A DNA stretch of 64,000 bases. Source: Euglena gracilis. Lineage: Eukaryota. Shown here in pieces: positions 58,646 through 64,000 of the stretch. The notes below the pieces were generated by a model, which was not told where the DNA came from, did not search any database, and saw nothing but the letters and a program-made list of their open reading frames with translations. How positions within the stretch are numbered: the first letter of the stretch is position 1; every line of letters begins with the position of its first letter. Position numbers and translations under genes: made by a program. Where the stretch lies: NCBI GenBank assembly GCA_039621445.1, contig CP154954.1:20012642-20076641 (forward strand), read 5' to 3'.

Positions 58646-60283
58646 TACATACATACATATATATACATATATATACACAATTTATATATGTATATATATG
58701 TATATATTTCTTATAATAGGATAATAAACATAATAAAAGTAATGGTCGAATAAAATAGATTATCTTATCAAATAATATATTTTATTTATATCAATACCTT
58801 TGTATTAGTAGGTCTAAATCTATTACCCCCCCCCCCATATTGTCCCACCGACCTCTCCCCAGGAGGCCCGCCGGGACAATATGGGGGGGGACAACATGGG
58901 GGTACCAAAGGAAATTTCATTGACCGAGCCAAAAAAAATGCCCAAAAATGACCTGCAGAACACAGTTTTGAAAAAATGATGCATCTGAAACCCCCCCCCC
59001 CAAAATGCCCCAAACGCCCCCCAAACCCCATTTTTTTTGGCCACTTTGAACACAGTTTTTCAAAAATTTTCGGCGCCGAAAAAATTTGGGCTGGACCCCC
59101 ACGGCTAGCTGGGCTAGCAGCACCCCCCCCCTCGGGGGGGTGCTGCTGCGGCTGGGCTGGGCCCAAATCGGGGCTGGCTGCAGCCGCCCCCTCCCCGGGG
59201 GGGGGGGGTTCGCAAAACCTTAGAGAGATGTATGAATCCAATACATGCTTTATTTGGGCTTCGGGTAGAGGTTTTAGAGGTAATATATAAAAGGTAAATC
59301 TGACATGTATGGCAATTATAAGGTAAATTTGTTAAAATTAAAACATCTTCAAAAAACAAGAACTAAAAAAAAACTTTAAAAAAATCCCTTGTGGCAGCCA
59401 TTTTTTTGCATGTAATTTGGCTTCTGTGCCCCCAAGAATGACCCCTGAATGTTCTGCACCAGTCCAATTTTGTAAGAGGCAAATTCGTTCACGACTATTC
59501 TTTTTGGGCATGAACGATTAATCCTGTTCGGGGGTCCCGAACGAATAATCGATCAATCATCAAAACATTGACCTGGGTATGGTACGGCAACTTCCTGCAA
59601 CTGTGGTCAGCCCTGCTTCGCTTCATTCATTTCAGTTTACCAGTCATTGATTTCGATGCTTGAGCCCTGGAAAGGTCGTTGTTAGCCGGCCCTTCGGCCT
59701 GAGGGCGGGCATTCCTTAGTCAAAAAAACCCTGACCCATAATTTGGATTTGGAAAAGTCCCTTCGGTGGCAAAGGAAAATTTTGACCTAAAAATCGGAGC
59801 CCCCGGAAAGACAGGAAAGCCAGCGGCACCAAAACGCCGCTTTCAGAAAGTGGTGGCGAACGCCGGTTCTGTCGTGAACCCGGCGTCCCGGACACCGGGT
59901 TCACGACAGAACCACGCCTCCCTTCTTGATATAAAGGGGGGTGTTCCCCCCGTGACCCCCCCGTGACCCCCCCCCGTGACCCCCCCCGTGACCCCCCCCG
60001 TGACCCCCCCGTGACCCGAACCACCCCCAAGGTTCCATTGCGTCAAAAAAAAGCTGCCGCGTTGGATTAAAATGCTGATAGTGTTTTCCCAGGCATGCAA
60101 AAGATGTAACACAAGGGATACTTCCATTTTGGGGCCCTCAGACAGCAAAAAAAAAATCATTGGATTGCCTAAAATCAATGGATTTGCCAAAACTCCCAAA
60201 AATTCTGGCACCTTTGTCGGTTTTTGGCCCATCTGGAGCCAAAACCAGTCAGTCACGCCAAAAAAGGCCGTTAGTCACCCTGG

Positions 60284-60456
60284 GTCGGAACTTGAAACAA
60301 GCCTGTCCTTCACAACATCACTGCCTTGGTTGATGACAATGGTCACCTGATGTGCGTTGGACCCGTCCTCCACAGGCGAAAAGCTGACTCCCAGCCCAAT
60401 GAAGTTGGACGTAAATCCAAAGTTGTCACCTGCTACGAAAAATGGGTTCCCTGTTG
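60284..60456 (-). CDS. Possible isolated exon of unknown protein
   Basis: Open frame GNPFFVAGDNFGFTSNFIGLGVSFSPVEDGSNAHQVTIVINQGSDVVKDRLVSSS, flanked by CTGnnnnn| and |nnnCAG. Confidence 0.3.
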
Positions 60457-60700
60457 CCAGGGCTTGGGATGAAAATCAAATAAACCGCCATCACTAGCAG
60501 ACAAAAAAGCACCTCAGTCTCCCAAGTTGTTCAAACGGTCAAATCAAACCCTGTTTGTCACCCACAATGAAAACACACCACTTGTCGAAGGTGCATCACC
60601 ACTAATCCCACACCATGTGTTGCATTTTCAGCAGGACTGGGCTACCATGGTGTTTGGGTTAGCATTTGGGGGGGGGCTTAATTAATTTGGAACAAAAAAG

Positions 60701-60929
60701 GGTACTTATCTGTTATCGCACGACACCTTATTTTGGTTATCGCACGACGCCCTTTTTTTTGGGTTAATATGGGGTTATTGAAGGAGTAGGGTTAGGTGCG
60801 CACAGGCCATGTTGCGCTAAATGGCCTGTGCGCACCTAACCCTACTCCTTAAATAACCCCATAGGACTAAAAATAAGGTGTCGTGCGATAACCAAAAAAT
60901 AAGGTGTCGTGCGATAACAGATAAGTACC
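60701..60929. mobile_element. Near-fully palindromic MITE, GG...CC ends (Merlin-like)
   Basis: TIR GGTACTTATCTGTTATCGCACGACACCTTATTTT; TSD CAAAAAAG. Confidence 0.85.
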
Positions 60930-63900
60930 CAAAAAAGTACAGTGTCACCCAATCTCTCACAGCACAACCTAAAATTGACCAAAAATTGGCTGGTGGAGGG
61001 AGGTGGAAGTGGAATTACCATTCTGAAGCTGCTTTTTTTTAAACCTACCCCAGGGGGAGCCCCTTCGGGATTTCGGCCTAGCTCAGGAACTTTCCTCAGA
61101 AAACAGGCCATTTTCCTTGAAAACGGGCCTTTTTTGAGCCTTCCAGCGCCAAAGGCACTGGAGTGCCAAGTGTCCTACCCTACCAGGCACCCCCCCCCCC
61201 CGGGGTGGGGTCGGCACCCGACTTTAATACAGCCTGATTCTGAACGCAAACAGGTGAAAAGGCTTAAACTTCACAACGAACAATTACAGTAACCCTGTAC
61301 AGACACTAGAAGTGGAAAAGAGGGCGTGGCAGGATAACCGAAAGGGGGGTCTGCAAAGGACAACAGATGGGGGGGTGTTGGGGTCACAGGGGGGCTCGCG
61401 GGCGGGGGGGAACAGGTTTTATATCATGGGGGTGTTGGGGACGCGGGGGGGGGGGACGCGGGGGCACCACCATTCTGGGTACCGTGATCTGGCTCATTGT
61501 GGGAAGTTGGTGATGGATTTTTTGGTGGTCACCAGTGATTAGTCGCCAGCGACTGGTGACGGCAAATTGACCCCCAAATGTGGGTTTTCAAAGGCATTTG
61601 GGTGGGTCGAGTCATTTTCCTCCATGAAACTCATGGTCCTCAATGGTCGGCAGTAACATCTAAATGGGAAGAAATTTTCATCCATATTGGCATTGCACAC
61701 AACCATCCATCTTCCTTGAAGAAGTGTTCCCAACTCCGGGACTCCTTCAGACCCCCAATTAGCCCATTAGGGGTGGGGGGACAACTGGGGGGGGGGGAGT
61801 TTTTTCTGGCGAATTTAAAAATTTTCGAAACAGACGTTTTTGGAGGTTTCCTGAGCCCTTCGCGACCTTGCAGAAATTGGCCAGTCAAAAAGGTCTAAAA
61901 ATCCCTGTGTGGTTAAGTTCGGACGGGGTTCTGCTGTAGGGTTCTGATGTTCCCGGTGCCTGGGCTCCCCAACAAAATTTCGTTTGTCCAGACCCCGGAC
62001 CCCTCAAACTCGACCGGTCAGGTTGAGTTCGCAACTTGACAGGGGGTCCCGCAGGACCCCCACCCCCTGTGCCTGGGCTCCATGGGGGGGGGTCGCTCTC
62101 CCAACGCCCCGTTTTTGGCCTGAAACCCATGAACTTTGGGTTGTTTTAAGCCCATGTACCCCCTCCCTGGATTTGGAAAAAGCCCGTGGACCCCTACATA
62201 GGAGGCTAGGCGCGCCGCTCGGGGGGTCCGGGACCCCCCCCTCCCCCCCCCCCGCGCGGCCCCTGCGCGGCCGCCCGCGCGGCGGCCCGCCCCCCCCCCC
62301 CTGGACCCCCCCCCCTCCCCCCCTGTGCCTAGCATAGCCAAGAAAAAAAATGTTGGTGAAAAAATCGCGATTTTTTGAGGCCCAAAAATGACCAAAAATG
62401 ACCATTTTCGGACACAAAATGGCAAATTTGGGGGCCGCGCGCTCTGCGCGGCCAAAAAAGCACTTTTTTGGTCAAAAATGGCCCAAAAATGGCAAAAAAT
62501 GACCACTTTTTGGACCAGAAAATCACCGATTTACCGATGCGTTTCGCCCGCGCGCCCGCCGTCGACCCCCCCGCCCCCCGCCACCCCCCCGCGCGGCCGC
62601 CCGCGCGGCCGCTCGCCCCCCCCCCAGCCCCCCCCCCCCCCCGCTGTGCCTAGCCTCCATAGGGCTCAGGACAAAGCCCGTGTTACCCCCCCCACCAATT
62701 TTGATAGGGTCAAAAACAGCGAAAAAAACCGAAAACTTTTCTGTTGCCCAAAACGGATCTCTTAACATTTCAGGAATAACTGCAAGTTCCCGTAAATTGC
62801 AGGTGCTTAATTTGTAAATCATAAATTATGCGAAATTTGCAATGCTCATCTTGGCCGTCCATTACATGCAACTCTCATAAAGAGCTCAGTACTTTTCAAA
62901 ACCTGGTCAAATAGAGAGGGGGTGAGGGTAACAAAAATTTGATTAACCATGGTTAATTGTCCTCCACAAGCGAATAACCATTTTTCGATCAACCATCCTG
63001 CCTTTTTCTCCCCACTTCTTTTTCTGTGTTCCATCGAGCATGTCGGGACATTGCAGAAAAGCCTCCTCAAAAAAAAAAGGACACCAAGCCACTTGGTGGG
63101 GACGCGGGGGGGGGGGGCGGCGCGGGGGGGACGCGGGGGGGGGGGGCGGGGGGACGCGGGGGCTCAACCTCCCATGTCATGCGTGACTTGCATGATGTCA
63201 TTTTTTCCTACATTTTCAGACCCCAGTAAGAATTTGCCAGCCATTTTTTGGTCCAAAAACAGGTGCAGAACTTGCCACAAAATCTTTTGTGGTTTGCTTG
63301 ACTGCGACATTCCTATGATAGTGATTTTTTTATCATTTTTGGAAGCCCGAATTGGGTTCAGACTGGAGACGGGGGTCGTCTGAGGGGCGTCGCAGAAGGG
63401 GTGTCTATTTGGAGGTTCGGATGGGGCTTTTGATGAGGGGTGGGGGTGGGTTTGAAAAACTTGCCCCAATGACAAGGCCACACATGACCTTATTCTCGAA
63501 ATAATCGTCACCTCAGTGGTGTTGAGGTTGTGCTGGGACCACAACCACCCTGGCGACTGCGAAGTTTTGGATGTGAGACGAATGAATCGTCGATGTACTT
63601 TTGCTCCTCCGCCAAAGTTCCAGCCATGAATGAGCCGCATGCCATCATCATCCAATTCATCAAAAGGTGGCGATAGCGAAAGAGAAGCGGAATGCGAAGA
63701 ACTTGAAACAAGAATGAATGCAAAGGAAACCAAAAAGCACAAGCACATCACTGCTTCTGTGGGAAAAAAATTATGATGAACATGAGCGGATAGAACTGTT
63801 TTAACCAGACCGTGTCCAGGACAGGGATATGTCTGTATGAACATGAATGATGAATATGTGATGATGAAAAATTTGAACGGGCGTCGCGCAACACAAGTAA

Positions 63901-64000
63901 GCAACACCAAAATGCGGACCAGGTATTCCTAATTCATGGTTGTCACGTTGAACCCCACTGAGTCCGCAAGGGACGACGTGGAATGTATATTTCAAACTCG

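Noticed and set aside
61540-64000. Possible decayed transposase pieces (SRSWEHFFKEDGWLC; 63460-64000)
   Set aside because: No convincing catalytic motif; needs a translated homology search

Overview
Eukaryotic nuclear DNA, most consistent with a euglenid: GC-rich mini-exons are separated by long introns, some GT-AG and some non-conventional (stem-forming, CAG at +4..+6 and CTG at -8..-6). The window holds (i) a 9-exon circularly permuted GTPase of the RbgA/YlqF/MTG1 family (~476-9621) and two multi-exon coiled-coil genes; (ii) a ~23 kb nested cluster (15568-38258) of DIRS-type tyrosine-recombinase retrotransposons from three families (gag, RT-RNaseH-adenine methyltransferase, YR; ITRs plus an internal complementary region), including a 194-bp termini-only derivative, with a duplicated pogo/Tigger transposase fragment inside the cluster; (iii) many MITEs. 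The main observation is that at least eight MITEs have CAG...CTG ends and 8-bp TSDs. This matches the geometry of the non-conventional introns (3 nt + CAG ... CTG + 5 nt = one 8-bp TSD), and two introns still keep 7/8 and 6/8 of a TSD. This points to hAT-type MITEs acting as seamless intron generators. Exon boundaries were read by eye and have no transcript support.
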